A stretch of DNA of 64,000 bases from an uncultured Gammaproteobacteria bacterium. Its GTDB lineage: Bacteria; Patescibacteriota; Patescibacteriia; Magasanikbacterales; GWA2-37-8. The position numbers and the translations under genes are program-made. Where the stretch lies: assembly GCA_964634875.1 (NCBI GenBank), contig CAZWKA010000004.1:15640-79639 (forward strand). The letters are read 5' to 3'. The notes under the pieces were generated by a model that was given only the letters and a program-made list of their open reading frames with translations, did no database searches and was not told the DNA's origin. Shown one piece after another: positions 22,717 through 32,706 of this stretch. The stretch's first letter is position 1; the number at the start of each line of letters is the position of its first letter.

Positions 22717-24321
22717 CTAGCTTCCGACGACGCTAAAAGAGCTAAGGGGAATTTCAAATAGTTTAATTATTTTTTCATTTTGCGGATTACGTTTTAAAAA
22801 AACAATGGTGTAACGATTAGCAAAAACTGGAGCCCAAGCCGGATCTTGAAGACGTCTAATAATAAAAGGAAATGTCCACGGTGATTTATTTGAAAAAGAA
22901 TACACCAGAGCATTAAAGCCATACATCTCGTTCACCTCTTTCCAGACCTCTTCATTCTGATGGAGAGGCGCATAAACCTCGTTGTAGAAAGCAGCCCGGT
23001 ATGCTTCCGGACGGTTATCAACAAAAGGGCGGATACGGGGGAACACATACCAAATCAGATAACTTCCGCTATCAAAATCGTTGAAGAGCGGCCCCGCAAT
23101 GCTCTGCTGCCTGATGAACTCACCTGCGCCGGCGGAGTCGTGTGCTACTGTAATTCCCAGCGCCCTGTACGACCTGATTATTTCCGCACGATTGATGAAG
23201 AAGGTGCTGAGGAGGACGATACCTATACTCAAAAACCAGTTTCGGGACCGGACATTGTTTAGAGACGGAAACAATCTACTACATTCAACAATTAGCAGTC
23301 CGGCAAATGGGATGCTAAAAAAACCAAACAGCGCAATATTACGCACCATCCGCCAGGTAAGCACGAAAAAAACAACAAAAAGAATGACTTGCAGCCATGG
23401 TACAAGAGTACGTTTTTTAACAAACAACAGTACTGAGCCGACTACTAGCAAAATACTAATACTTTTAAAAATAACAATCGGCCCATGCCAGGGATAACGG
23501 GCTGCTACTGCTGGCAGGGGTAAATTTTCTTGGATTTCAAAACCATACCCTTCTAAAATAGCGAGCGGATAAAACAGGCCCGCGCCTCCCGCGGGATTAG
23601 CAAGCCCTACTAGTACTACAAACACCAGTAACAACCCCAACGAGAGTCGTTCCTGATGCTGGCGAAGTGACGAAAAAACACTTCTTAAAAAATATAGCCC
23701 TACCAAGCAGGGGCCTAAGAAAAAATAAATATGGAGGTTTACCCAAAGTACTTGGATGATGGGAAGAAGAAGTAAAAAAGCATTCTTTAAGTTGCCTCGA
23801 CGGTACCTCTCCAGAATATAATAAAAAATCCCAACAAATAAATAGCTAAATATTTCCGGACGGATCTCATTGCGTTCAGCCAGAAGCGGAACAATTAAAA
23901 ATCCAGCAATTAAGGCTCCGAAACCCCGTTTATCGACCGGGATCACCGCCCAGAACAACAGAAGAGCAGCAACCAGAGTACAAGCCGAAAAAAATATCAG
24001 CCCAGTATAACCCGCAAGCTGCCACACTAAGAAAAAAATAACACCACTCCCCCAATGATGGTTAATAAAGGGCGCGTCGCTAAGGGTCGCAGCATAAAAA
24101 TTTGTCCGTAAAATAGGTTCAAGCGACTCTCCTTGGCGGACAGCTTCGACAATGATTCTTCCATTCTGCAAATGCCGCCCCAAATCCCCGCCACTAATAT
24201 CAATTTGATGGAACAGAAAAAAAGCATACCAGCCAACCAAAAAAAGCAGGTATAGTACGGACGGTTTCCGGAGAAGAGAAAATTTTTGTTGTAGCCAGTT
24301 TAAAGATACGGTGATACCCAC
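22717..24321 (-). CDS. Polytopic membrane protein, possibly GT-C glycosyltransferase-like
   Basis: DLGRHL, RPEIFS, WVNLH motifs, many TM helices and a soluble C-terminal domain. Confidence 0.65.
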   Translation of the reverse strand: MGITVSLNWLQQKFSLLRKPSVLYLLFLVGWYAFFLFHQIDISGGDLGRHLQNGRIIVEAVRQGESLEPILRTNFYAATLSDAPFINHHWGSGVIFFLVWQLAGYTGLIFFSACTLVAALLLFWAVIPVDKRGFGALIAGFLIVPLLAERNEIRPEIFSYLFVGIFYYILERYRRGNLKNAFLLLLPIIQVLWVNLHIYFFLGPCLVGLYFLRSVFSSLRQHQERLSLGLLLVFVVLVGLANPAGGAGLFYPLAILEGYGFEIQENLPLPAVAARYPWHGPIVIFKSISILLVVGSVLLFVKKRTLVPWLQVILFVVFFVLTWRMVRNIALFGFFSIPFAGLLIVECSRLFPSLNNVRSRNWFLSIGIVLLSTFFINRAEIIRSYRALGITVAHDSAGAGEFIRQQSIAGPLFNDFDSGSYLIWYVFPRIRPFVDNRPEAYRAAFYNEVYAPLHQNEEVWKEVNEMYGFNALVYSFSNKSPWTFPFIIRRLQDPAWAPVFANRYTIVFLKRNPQNEKIIKLFEIPLSSFSVVGS

Positions 24322-24323
24322 AT

Positions 24324-24974
24324 TTATTTTTTGGAAGCAAAGGCGTGTTTACCGCTCCGACGGGAAAAATGCCAATATACTACCGCGCTGAGCAAGGCTG
24401 AAAAAAAGCACCAGACGGAAATAGCATTTTCCTTATACTGATACAGTGTAAATAAAAGCGACCCTAAAAGGACGATACCAAATACCTGAACTGTTTTTTT
24501 ACTCGACACTGCCCCCGATCCAACAACCACAAGCACATAGGCTGCCCACAGCAATTCAACATAGGGCGTCACAATGGAATACTGGATGCATTTGTTGAGA
24601 ATAAAAGCGGTTGGCGGATAAAGAAAAATTCGATAGAGTAAAAAGCTTCCCACACCGATACCCGCTAAACTAACGACCATAAGAATCTTTTGCCGGAGCA
24701 CGTTGTTTTCTAACAGTAAAATTGCAATGGGTAAAAATATTGGCCAGACACAAAGGGCAAAAATGGAATAAACAACAGCAAAAATATGCTGCGCCGGCAG
24801 AGCCCAACCAAACGAAAGCCAGACAAAGCCTTCGATAATTTGCTGCAAACCGAAAAGTAACGGCACGGCGGCAAACGGAATTTCATGGGGTGATTTTGCT
24901 TTTTTGAGTGTAGCCACCCCAATAGTGCTGAGAGCGACACCAGCGGCGAAACTGGCAACAGGTGAAAAACACAT
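24324..24974 (-). CDS. DUF6629-like membrane protein
   Basis: MCFSPVASF, PLLFGLQQIIEG, SVWCFFSA; start placed at ATG 24974. Confidence 0.7.
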   Translation of the reverse strand: MCFSPVASFAAGVALSTIGVATLKKAKSPHEIPFAAVPLLFGLQQIIEGFVWLSFGWALPAQHIFAVVYSIFALCVWPIFLPIAILLLENNVLRQKILMVVSLAGIGVGSFLLYRIFLYPPTAFILNKCIQYSIVTPYVELLWAAYVLVVVGSGAVSSKKTVQVFGIVLLGSLLFTLYQYKENAISVWCFFSALLSAVVYWHFSRRSGKHAFASKK

Positions 24975-25062
24975 AGCATTATATATGACCACAGTTTAGC
25001 ATTAAAAAACGCAAAAATCAATCTTTAAAAAAAGCCCTGGGTAGCCAGGGCTTTAAAAATAC

Positions 25063-25668
25063 TTATTGCTGAATTTTTTGCATGAGTTTGCTAAACGACG
25101 GGCGAAGTTTAATTTTTTCGTACCAGGCCAAAATATTCTGGTAAGCACCAAGTTCCATAGTGCATTGCAGTGCTGTAAGCACAATTGAAGCCAAGCACAC
25201 ATCGGCCACCGTAAAACTGCTACCAACCACAAAATCTTTGCCTGCCAGATGCGCATCAAGCACTTCAAAGTACCTGACCACATCGGCCCGACCCTGGTCT
25301 GCAGCCTCTGCCGTACCCATGCTAAACATCATAAAATATAACACCGGGTCAATATTACGTTGGAGGTGATTAAGACCCCACAGCAACCACTGCGAAACAA
25401 GTGCCCGCTCTTCAATTGTCGTACCAAGCATTTCGGGACGGTATTTTTCGGCGAGATAATTATTGATGGCACACGATTCCCATAGAACAAACTCACCATC
25501 AATCAACGTCGGCACCTTGCCATTGGGGTTAAGTTTTAAATACCACTCAGCCTTATGTTCTTTTTCTTTAAAATTAAGCGACTGTTGTTCATAAGGAACT
25601 GCTAATTCTTCAAGCATCCAGATGCAACGTGCCGCGCTGCCTTGAGCTGAGCCGTAAATTTTGATCAT
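25063..25668 (-). CDS. Glutathione S-transferase family protein
   Basis: LNPNGKVPTL, WESCAINNYL, FTVADV; start placed at ATG 25668. Confidence 0.9.
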   Translation of the reverse strand: MIKIYGSAQGSAARCIWMLEELAVPYEQQSLNFKEKEHKAEWYLKLNPNGKVPTLIDGEFVLWESCAINNYLAEKYRPEMLGTTIEERALVSQWLLWGLNHLQRNIDPVLYFMMFSMGTAEAADQGRADVVRYFEVLDAHLAGKDFVVGSSFTVADVCLASIVLTALQCTMELGAYQNILAWYEKIKLRPSFSKLMQKIQQ

Positions 25669-25748
25669 ACCAAAATGATTAGGTGAATAAGAAAGTAGCG
25701 TACGCGATACACTGACTGGCGTCAACTCGCACAACTCACTTTTCAGTT

Positions 25749-25783
25749 AAAAAAGAAGAACGCGACCCTGGTGGGTCGCGTTC
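25749..25783 (-). terminator. Intrinsic terminator of the GC-rich orphan gene
   Basis: Perfect 11-bp stem GAACGCGACCC/GGGTCGCGTTC followed by a U-rich tract on the minus strand. Confidence 0.75.
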
Positions 25784-25853
25784 GCGTGTTCGAGCGCAGC
25801 TCGCAGCGTTGGCCGCGAGTGTGCGCTACAGGTTGGCGCCTGGTGGCGCGAAC

Positions 25854-27293
25854 CTACTTCTGCTTCTTGCCCTTCTTGAAGTGGTTGCCGCGCCCGCCTT
25901 CGTTCGGGATCTGCGCCTTCTGCGCCGCCCCATTGGTCTTGGCCTGCTGCGTCTTGTCCTGCGCCCTCTGGATCACACCAGCGAGCATGGCGAGGACCTC
26001 GGCCTGGAGCTCGGGGCTATCGGCGCGCACGAGGTCCGTGCGATCCGCGTCGTCCGCGAGGTACTTGTCCTCGCAGCGGGAGGCCACAACGTAGATGATG
26101 GCGCTGCCCAGGCGCTGCGGGTACGCCTCGTCGCTGGTCTTGAGGCCGACGAGCGAGGTCAGCTGGCCCTGGGCGGCCTCGTGGAAGAGCCGCTCGCGGG
26201 AGTGGCTGGGCTCGCCCTTGGCGTCCATGGTGTAGACGCGCATGACCTTGTGCGTCATGCGCTCGACCTTGGGGTCGTTCGAGGACGTGCCGATGACGAG
26301 CGCCAGCGCGCGTCGGACATGGTTCGTGAGGTTCTTCTTGGCCTCGGCGAACTCGCCGATCCGGCGCTCGTCCTCGGGCGAGAGCGGTGTCTTCTCCTTC
26401 TTCGTGGTGGCCACGGTGGTGGCCGGAGCCGGGTAGTTGTCCCACACCCAGCTGAACGCGGCGTCGTCCCGCATCAGGTCGTAGACCCGCTGCTTGGTGG
26501 ACCCGCTGGCGAACATCTCGGGCGGGCTGACCTGGAAGAACTTGGTCATGGCGATGTTGACGCCGCCGTTGATGAGGTCGAGGATCCGACCCCGGTGGAC
26601 GGCGAGGGCCTGGCGGCGGCCGGTGTCCTGCTCGCCCGTGAGCTCGAGCTCGATGCTCATGTCCTTGACGACATTGAGCAGGTGGAAACGGATCGCAGCG
26701 AGGGTCATGCAGTCCTCGTCCTCGCCGATCGCCTGGAAGGTCCAGAGGGGCAGGCACTGGATGCCCACGTTGTGGATCTTCAGGTTGCGGACCCGGATAT
26801 CCAGCAACCGCGCGAGGCGGAGGCGCTCGACCTCGGCCTGCTGATCCTTCTGGCGCTGCTCGGCTTCGGCCTTCTCGGCGGCGGCCTGGAGGTCGCGGGC
26901 GGCGACGCTCTTGAGCTTGGTGCTGGCGCCCTTGGCCGCGATGTGGTGACCCTTGACCTGGATCTCGAGCTGCTGGAGCTGCGCGGAGAGCTGCTGGTGC
27001 TCCTTCACGTAACCCTGGAACTCCTCCAGGATCTCGCTGGGGATCACACCCCCGTCCTTCTCAATCTGGGTGATGGCCTCGTCGGCCGGGACGATGAGCT
27101 CGTCGAGCTCCTTGACCTGCACGCGCAGCTGATTGATCTGATCGGACAGCTTGTCACCCGCGCTCTGGCAGCCAAGCTGGATGCGGAGCAAGAAGTCGCG
27201 GGGCGACGAGATGACCTTCCCACCATCCGACTGCCCGGTGGGGGCGTCGGCGTGGATGGCGGCGGAACCGGACAGTGCGGTGGACTGCGACAT
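25854..27293 (-). CDS. GC-rich hypothetical protein with an N-terminal coiled coil (479 aa)
   Basis: AAGGAGAGG before ATG 27293, predominantly G/C-ending codons, own promoter and terminator. Confidence 0.75.
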   Translation of the reverse strand: MSQSTALSGSAAIHADAPTGQSDGGKVISSPRDFLLRIQLGCQSAGDKLSDQINQLRVQVKELDELIVPADEAITQIEKDGGVIPSEILEEFQGYVKEHQQLSAQLQQLEIQVKGHHIAAKGASTKLKSVAARDLQAAAEKAEAEQRQKDQQAEVERLRLARLLDIRVRNLKIHNVGIQCLPLWTFQAIGEDEDCMTLAAIRFHLLNVVKDMSIELELTGEQDTGRRQALAVHRGRILDLINGGVNIAMTKFFQVSPPEMFASGSTKQRVYDLMRDDAAFSWVWDNYPAPATTVATTKKEKTPLSPEDERRIGEFAEAKKNLTNHVRRALALVIGTSSNDPKVERMTHKVMRVYTMDAKGEPSHSRERLFHEAAQGQLTSLVGLKTSDEAYPQRLGSAIIYVVASRCEDKYLADDADRTDLVRADSPELQAEVLAMLAGVIQRAQDKTQQAKTNGAAQKAQIPNEGGRGNHFKKGKKQK

Positions 27294-27438
27294 GAGCCTC
27301 TCCTTGGACAATGGGACTCTTGGATCTAGGGCACTTCGCCTTTTGATCCTGAACCCCCCAAAGCGTTGCACAAAACTTCTGCACTGCTGCGGGGGGTTCA
27401 AAATATAAGTATGTTTTAGTGTAAAAGAGCGACCTCAC

Positions 27439-27467
27439 AAGATAGCACAAAAATCACCTTTTGTCAA
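27439..27467 (-). promoter_or_regulatory. Sigma70-type promoter of the GC-rich orphan
   Basis: TTGACA-17 bp (ending TGC)-TATCTT. Confidence 0.7.
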
Positions 27468-27714
27468 GAGTAAAAAAGACTTATTCTAAGCCAAAAAGAT
27501 TGTAACCGGAACCGAACTTTTACACTTTTGTAACTAAAAATAGCCAACTAGCAGTTTTTTTGCTAAAAATAAACCTTTTTAAGCCCGGGCCCCTTGACAT
27601 ACCTATGTATGAGATGATAGAAAAATCATCGTCAGCTCAGTGCAGCTGGCGTAGCAAGGGGTTTAAAGCAATGCGCACCGTGAATAAAACGTTCAATTTG
27701 AGCAGGGGGAATCA

Positions 27715-27930
27715 ATGTCTTTGAAGCCGGAAATGGTGGACACCGGAATGGGCGGCCTTCGGGTTGACCCGCAAGCCCTCCGCCGACACGAGGCCGAGCA
27801 AGCGGCGAACCAGGTCGCTAGCGGCAAGCTCCTCAAGCACCGCCCCAGCCGAACCGTCCTCTTCACGCTCGCACTCCTCGTTCTGCCTATCGTGGTCACC
27901 ACGCTGATCGCGATCCTGGGTCGTCGCTAG
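27715..27930 (+). CDS. Small GC-rich protein with a C-terminal TM helix
   Basis: AGGGGG before the ATG; TTGACA at about 27594; hydrophobic C-terminus; G/C-ending codons. Confidence 0.5.
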   Translation: MSLKPEMVDTGMGGLRVDPQALRRHEAEQAANQVASGKLLKHRPSRTVLFTLALLVLPIVVTTLIAILGRR

Positions 27931-28078
27931 CCCCACCCCTTCCCCGGAACCTCCCCGCCACCGTGCAGGTTGAGGTACGCCAACCGGGATCTTTCTCAGT
28001 TTTCTACTCTTAGAAAATCGAGATTGGTTCCGGTTTTTTAATTGAAATAGATTTAAAACCTGCTATACTAGGCGCACT

Positions 28079-28774
28079 ATGGAAAAACGAACTTTTACGT
28101 TTAACAACCAAACCCTGCACGTCTCACTGCGTGACGAAGCTGACAACAGCGTCTTTGCAGAAATTTTTAAATTGCGCGAATATCGGCGGGCAGAAGAAAA
28201 AATTATTACAGCCACCTCACCCATTATCGATGTCGGTGCTCACGCTGGGTTTTTCAGTCTGTACACCCGGGCACTCAATCCAACTGCCCCTATCTTCGCA
28301 CTTGAACCAGAAGCGAATAACCTGGAGGCATTAGAAAAGACGGTTGAACAGAATAAGCTTGCTGGAGTCAGCATAATTCCGAAGGCGCTCCACGACCAAA
28401 CCGGTCGCGCTAATTTAATGTTGGCAGCAGATAATCACAATCATTATATTGAACGACCTTTTAAGGGCGATGGCAAAAAAATTCGCGTGGCAACAATTTC
28501 TTTGAGTGAATTATGCTCACTGTATGCTATTACTAAAATTTCCCTTGTTAAAATGGATATTGAAGGTGGCGAATACGTTATTTTTGACAGTTGGGACGAT
28601 AAAGATTTCGGCATGATCGAAACGATTATCCTTGAATACCACAACACCAAATCCAAAACCTACAAATTAATCGAGACGCGCCTGCGTGAACATGGATTTA
28701 GCGTTGAAGTATTCCCTTCAAAGTTTGAAAAGACCATGGGCTTTCTTTTTGCGCAAAATAAGCGAAAGTCATAA
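28079..28774 (+). CDS. FkbM-family SAM-dependent methyltransferase
   Basis: IIDVGAHAG, ALEP, KMDIEGGE. Confidence 0.9.
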   Translation: MEKRTFTFNNQTLHVSLRDEADNSVFAEIFKLREYRRAEEKIITATSPIIDVGAHAGFFSLYTRALNPTAPIFALEPEANNLEALEKTVEQNKLAGVSIIPKALHDQTGRANLMLAADNHNHYIERPFKGDGKKIRVATISLSELCSLYAITKISLVKMDIEGGEYVIFDSWDDKDFGMIETIILEYHNTKSKTYKLIETRLREHGFSVEVFPSKFEKTMGFLFAQNKRKS

Positions 28775-28904
28775 AAAAGTTGCGCTAGAAATTCTACATT
28801 CCGTAGAATTTTTTTTATTTCTGTAGTATACTTACCTCGCTTGTTACATTTTTGAATCTCACTTGATAATTTCGAGTACGTTCAAAAGTTTTCTCTCGTT
28901 TATT

Positions 28905-30230
28905 ATGAAAAAGGAGGCTTGGGTAGTGGCTGTCGACATGGGATATGGCCATCAACGTGCAGCGTATCCCCTGCGCCACCTCTCCCCTACGGGGAAAGTT
29001 ATTATCGCCAACAAATACGAAGGTATTCCGGCAAGTGACTACCGGCTGTGGCATGGCGGGCAAAAATTTTATGAAACCATTTCTCGCCTTAGTAACGTGC
29101 CTGTCGTTGGGAAATTGATTTTTGGACTCCTGGATAAATTCCAAGAAGTCCCCCCTTTTTATCCTCGCCGCGATTTATCGGCTCCTAATTTACAGGTTCG
29201 CCAAAATTATTATTTAGTTAACAAGGGCTGGGGCAAAGATTTGGTAAACTTCCTCAACAAAAGAAACATTCCCCTTATTACCACTTTTTTTACGGTCGCC
29301 TTCATGGCTGAAGAACATGGATTTAAAAACGATATCTATGTCGTCATTTGTGACTCGGACATCAGCCGCGCCTGGGTACCACTTCACCCAGCAAAAAGCC
29401 GCATTAAATATTTTGCTCCCTGTAGGCAGGTTGTTAGCCGTCTCAAGCTCTACGGTATTAAAGATGAAAACATTTTTTTAACCGGCTTTCCTCTGCCCGA
29501 AGAAAATATAGGGACAACTCATTTGAAAACGCTACAACACGACCTGGCTGAACGCATTATTAATCTCGATCCCGAAAAACGCTATCGTCAAAAATACGCC
29601 TCGACTATCAAGCAATTTATTTCCAAAATAAAACTCAACGTCAAACACAATCACCCGCTCACCCTTACGTTTGCCGTCGGCGGAGCCGGTGCCCAGCGTA
29701 AAATCGCGGATGCTATTTTATATAGCCTTAAAAATAAAATTCTTAAAAAGGAAATCAACCTGAACCTCGTTGCCGGCAGCCGCAATGACGTATTTTTGTA
29801 TTTTAAACAACGTATTTGCGAACTAGGGCTTGATAAGCGCCTAGGGAAAAACTTACAAATACTTTTTGCGGTTGATAAAGAGGATTATTTTAAACTGTTT
29901 AACGAAGCGCTTCATACTACCGACATCCTTTGGACCAAGCCGAGTGAACTCGTTTTTTACTCAGCGCTCGGCCTCCCTATTATTATGGCACCCTCCCTGG
30001 GTAGCCAGGAAAAGTTCAACCGCATCTGGCTCAAGACTATTGATGGTGGCATTAGCCAAAACGACCCTCGGTATACGCATGAATGGCTTTTTGACTGGGT
30101 TAACTCCGGCTGGCTGGCGGAAGCGGCTATGTCGGGGTACCTGGATGCCCGGCAATTTGGGGTTAAAAACATTGTGGATGTGGTTTTTAATGGCGCACGG
30201 CAGCTTGATAAGAATTATCAACTACTCTAA
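28905..30230 (+). CDS. GT-B glycosyltransferase-like protein (DUF6938-like)
   Basis: VDMGYGHQRAA, VGGAGAQ, WTKPSEL; start placed at ATG 28905. Confidence 0.65.
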   Translation: MKKEAWVVAVDMGYGHQRAAYPLRHLSPTGKVIIANKYEGIPASDYRLWHGGQKFYETISRLSNVPVVGKLIFGLLDKFQEVPPFYPRRDLSAPNLQVRQNYYLVNKGWGKDLVNFLNKRNIPLITTFFTVAFMAEEHGFKNDIYVVICDSDISRAWVPLHPAKSRIKYFAPCRQVVSRLKLYGIKDENIFLTGFPLPEENIGTTHLKTLQHDLAERIINLDPEKRYRQKYASTIKQFISKIKLNVKHNHPLTLTFAVGGAGAQRKIADAILYSLKNKILKKEINLNLVAGSRNDVFLYFKQRICELGLDKRLGKNLQILFAVDKEDYFKLFNEALHTTDILWTKPSELVFYSALGLPIIMAPSLGSQEKFNRIWLKTIDGGISQNDPRYTHEWLFDWVNSGWLAEAAMSGYLDARQFGVKNIVDVVFNGARQLDKNYQLL

Positions 30231-30232
30231 GG

Positions 30233-30261
30233 TTGACAGTGCCCAACCCATTATATATACT
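30233..30261 (+). promoter_or_regulatory. tRNA promoter
   Basis: TTGACA-17-TATACT. Confidence 0.75.
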
Positions 30262-30278
30262 AACGCTACTCAATTTAT

Positions 30279-30350
30279 TCCCGGGTAGCGCAGCGGTAGC
30301 GCAGTTGGCTGTTAACCAATTGGTCGTCGGTTCGAATCCGACCCCGGGAG
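30279..30350 (+). tRNA. tRNA-Asn(GTT), CCA not encoded
   Basis: Acceptor TCCCGGG/CCCGGGA, anticodon arm GTTGG-CTGTTAA-CCAAT, T arm GTCGG-TTCGAAT-CCGAC. Confidence 0.97.
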
Positions 30351-30495
30351 CGATCAAAAATAATGGCTAGAATTAGCCATTATTTTACTTTTTACTTAAT
30401 TAAGTAAAAAGTAATGACTTGACAAGCGAAGACAAATCGGTTGAGAAAACAGCGGCATTAGAGCAGTATTGCGTTGCGTTTAATTTTAAAATTCT

Positions 30496-31179
30496 ATGAA
30501 AAAAATATATTTTTTACTTCTTGGACTATTGTGTTTTGGCATGAGCGGGTGTGCGTTAAGTGGAAAGACCAATCAAAACTCTAATAACAATACCCCTTCA
30601 TCAACACTCGCCTCGTCTTTTGATATTAATAATCTAGATACCTGGGATACTTTTAGCTCTAAAGAATGGAATCTTAGTTTTAAGCATCCTCAGCAATGGA
30701 AGCTAGCGAAAGAAGAGGGCGCCCAGTATCAGCATATTTTTATTTTTAAAGATGAAATAACTGATAAAAACTTATTTCAGGTCACGATCGAACCACTCTC
30801 TTTCGCACCAGTTAAAATAGAAAGTGATTCGGATGGTGATTTTACTACGAAAACACAGCAAGAAATAAATTCTTTACGTGAAAAAATTAAAAAGAGTCCG
30901 TCTTTGATCCTTGCCAGCAAGACACCTGCTCTGCTAAGCACAAACTACGACATTCCAGGTGGCGGATTCCATCGTCGTGCACAATTTTATATAAATAATG
31001 ATCTGGTAACAATTACTCTTGTCTTGGGCATAGAATCACCCACCATACCTTGGGGAGAAGAAAAAAGAAGAATTGTTCAAAAAACTATAGATGATATTAA
31101 CCAAGGAAATGGAGGTCCTGAGGCAAAGGAAAGCTTAGCTATTTTTGAAAACATAATTAATTCTTTAGAAATATTATAG
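30496..31179 (+). CDS. Hypothetical lipoprotein
   Basis: Signal peptide with MSGC lipobox; W..F....LSFKHP..W pattern of CPR PsbP-like proteins. Confidence 0.7.
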   Translation: MKKIYFLLLGLLCFGMSGCALSGKTNQNSNNNTPSSTLASSFDINNLDTWDTFSSKEWNLSFKHPQQWKLAKEEGAQYQHIFIFKDEITDKNLFQVTIEPLSFAPVKIESDSDGDFTTKTQQEINSLREKIKKSPSLILASKTPALLSTNYDIPGGGFHRRAQFYINNDLVTITLVLGIESPTIPWGEEKRRIVQKTIDDINQGNGGPEAKESLAIFENIINSLEIL

Positions 31180-31236
31180 ATAAGAAAGGATCGCTGCTTA
31201 CTTAGGTTAGCAACCGGGGATCTATCTACGAATATT

Positions 31237-31605
31237 TTAAAAAGTATTAAGAGACAGATAATTGTTCGGACAATTTTTCCAATCAATAGATCTAAACTCG
31301 CCCAACCAAGGGAGCGCAGTAGCATGAAGGGCTAATTGAAGTACGGTATCAAAGGGTTTTCTTAGCTCAAATTCTAATTTTCTTCCATTTACAAACGGGT
31401 TCTGAATTAGTAATCTAATCAGAGCTCGTTTTTCGTTAACTTCAGAACCATCAAAAATCTGTTTAACCCTACGAGAGAAATTTAATACAGTGGACAAGTG
31501 AATATGATACTCGTGGTCGGCCTTGCGTACTCTTCTGGCTCAACACTAAGACGATATTGCTTGTCTTTAAACTCTTACAGTTTTTGTCATAGTCGTCCTT
31601 AGTAC
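31237..31605 (-). pseudogene. Frameshifted C-terminal remnant of a large serine recombinase
   Basis: Broken reading TKDDYDK/FKDKQYRLSVEPEEY/KADHEYHIHLSTVLNFSRRVKQIFDGSEVNEKRALIRLLIQNP..LRKPFD resembles CPR tRNA-associated recombinase tails; no catalytic N-terminus. Confidence 0.6.
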
Positions 31606-31665
31606 CCCCCGAGTGAAGACGTGGTGAGTTCATGACTAGTATGGTATGCTCAATAGAATAATCCT

Positions 31666-32706
31666 ATGTTTCTAAAATTACCCACAGAAGAAAGGTCCGA
31701 AAAAATTGACTTCCTACGAGGAAGCGCAGTCTTTTTCATGCTTGCCACTCATATTAATGTGGTTTTTGTAAAAGAATATACTTATATCTTAGATAGATTA
31801 ACATGGTGGGGAGCAACCGTAAGTTTTAGTGTTTTCTTATTTTGCTTTGCTTATATCTATGGCTTAAAATTATCTGACACTAAAAAATTAAGCAGAGAAA
31901 AACAAGTTAAAAGAATTTTTCTTTTGCTTTTTATTTATTATATAACAACTTTTTTCAGCCATTTTTTTCTTTTTAACAGCATCTCAATCGACGAATTACA
32001 GTCTATTTTAACCTTTCAATATTTACCTCTCTTCACTGAATTCATTATTCCTTTTTTTCTTTATACTATTCTAATTTTAATTTTTTATCCAGTTTTAAAA
32101 AAAATGCTAAATCGACCAATACTATTTATTATAATTTCTCTTATTATCTACTTTTTGGGTGGGTGGCTTTATATGCTTGATGGAATGGGTAATTTTTTAA
32201 ATGTTGTAAAAACTTTAATGGTGGGTAATGGGCATATTCATAGCTATGGTGTCATATCTTACTTTCCCATCTTTGTTCTCGGATTCATTGCTGGTGGAAC
32301 ACAAAAAAATAGCGAGGGCAACTCGTCAACTCTATCAATGTTTATACTATGTTCGATTTTATTTGTTTTTTTAAAAATTTCAGGACTTTCCGAGTGGTAT
32401 AGATTCCCGCCGTCTGTCCTATTTTTACTCTATGGAGTTATTTATAGTTTTGGAGTAATATTACTATACAAATATATCAAAAGAGCAAGCATCCTAGATA
32501 AATATTTTATATTTTTAGGCAAAAGAGCCTTGTTTATCTTTTTGATTAATGTGCTCCTGATTTTAGGTTTATCTAGTTTTTTAAATCATGAAAAATTTGC
32601 CGTAAAAACAGTCTTGTTATTGCAATTTTTAATTATTACAAGCATATCTCTGGTAACCTATTTTTATGAAAAAATGGCTATTATTTGGCAGAGAGAAAAA
32701 ATCTAG
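31666..32706 (+). CDS. Membrane acyltransferase-like protein (acyltransferase-3/OpgC/DUF1624-like)
   Basis: IDFLRG..H near the N-terminus, about 10 TM helices, RFPPS and LGKRALFIF. Confidence 0.6.
   Translation: MFLKLPTEERSEKIDFLRGSAVFFMLATHINVVFVKEYTYILDRLTWWGATVSFSVFLFCFAYIYGLKLSDTKKLSREKQVKRIFLLLFIYYITTFFSHFFLFNSISIDELQSILTFQYLPLFTEFIIPFFLYTILILIFYPVLKKMLNRPILFIIISLIIYFLGGWLYMLDGMGNFLNVVKTLMVGNGHIHSYGVISYFPIFVLGFIAGGTQKNSEGNSSTLSMFILCSILFVFLKISGLSEWYRFPPSVLFLLYGVIYSFGVILLYKYIKRASILDKYFIFLGKRALFIFLINVLLILGLSSFLNHEKFAVKTVLLLQFLIITSISLVTYFYEKMAIIWQREKI

Noticed and set aside
25809-27329. 506-aa plus-strand ORF and other overlapping ORFs in the GC-rich block
   Set aside because: Antisense shadow produced by G/C-ending codons; the promoter, SD and terminator all support the minus-strand gene.
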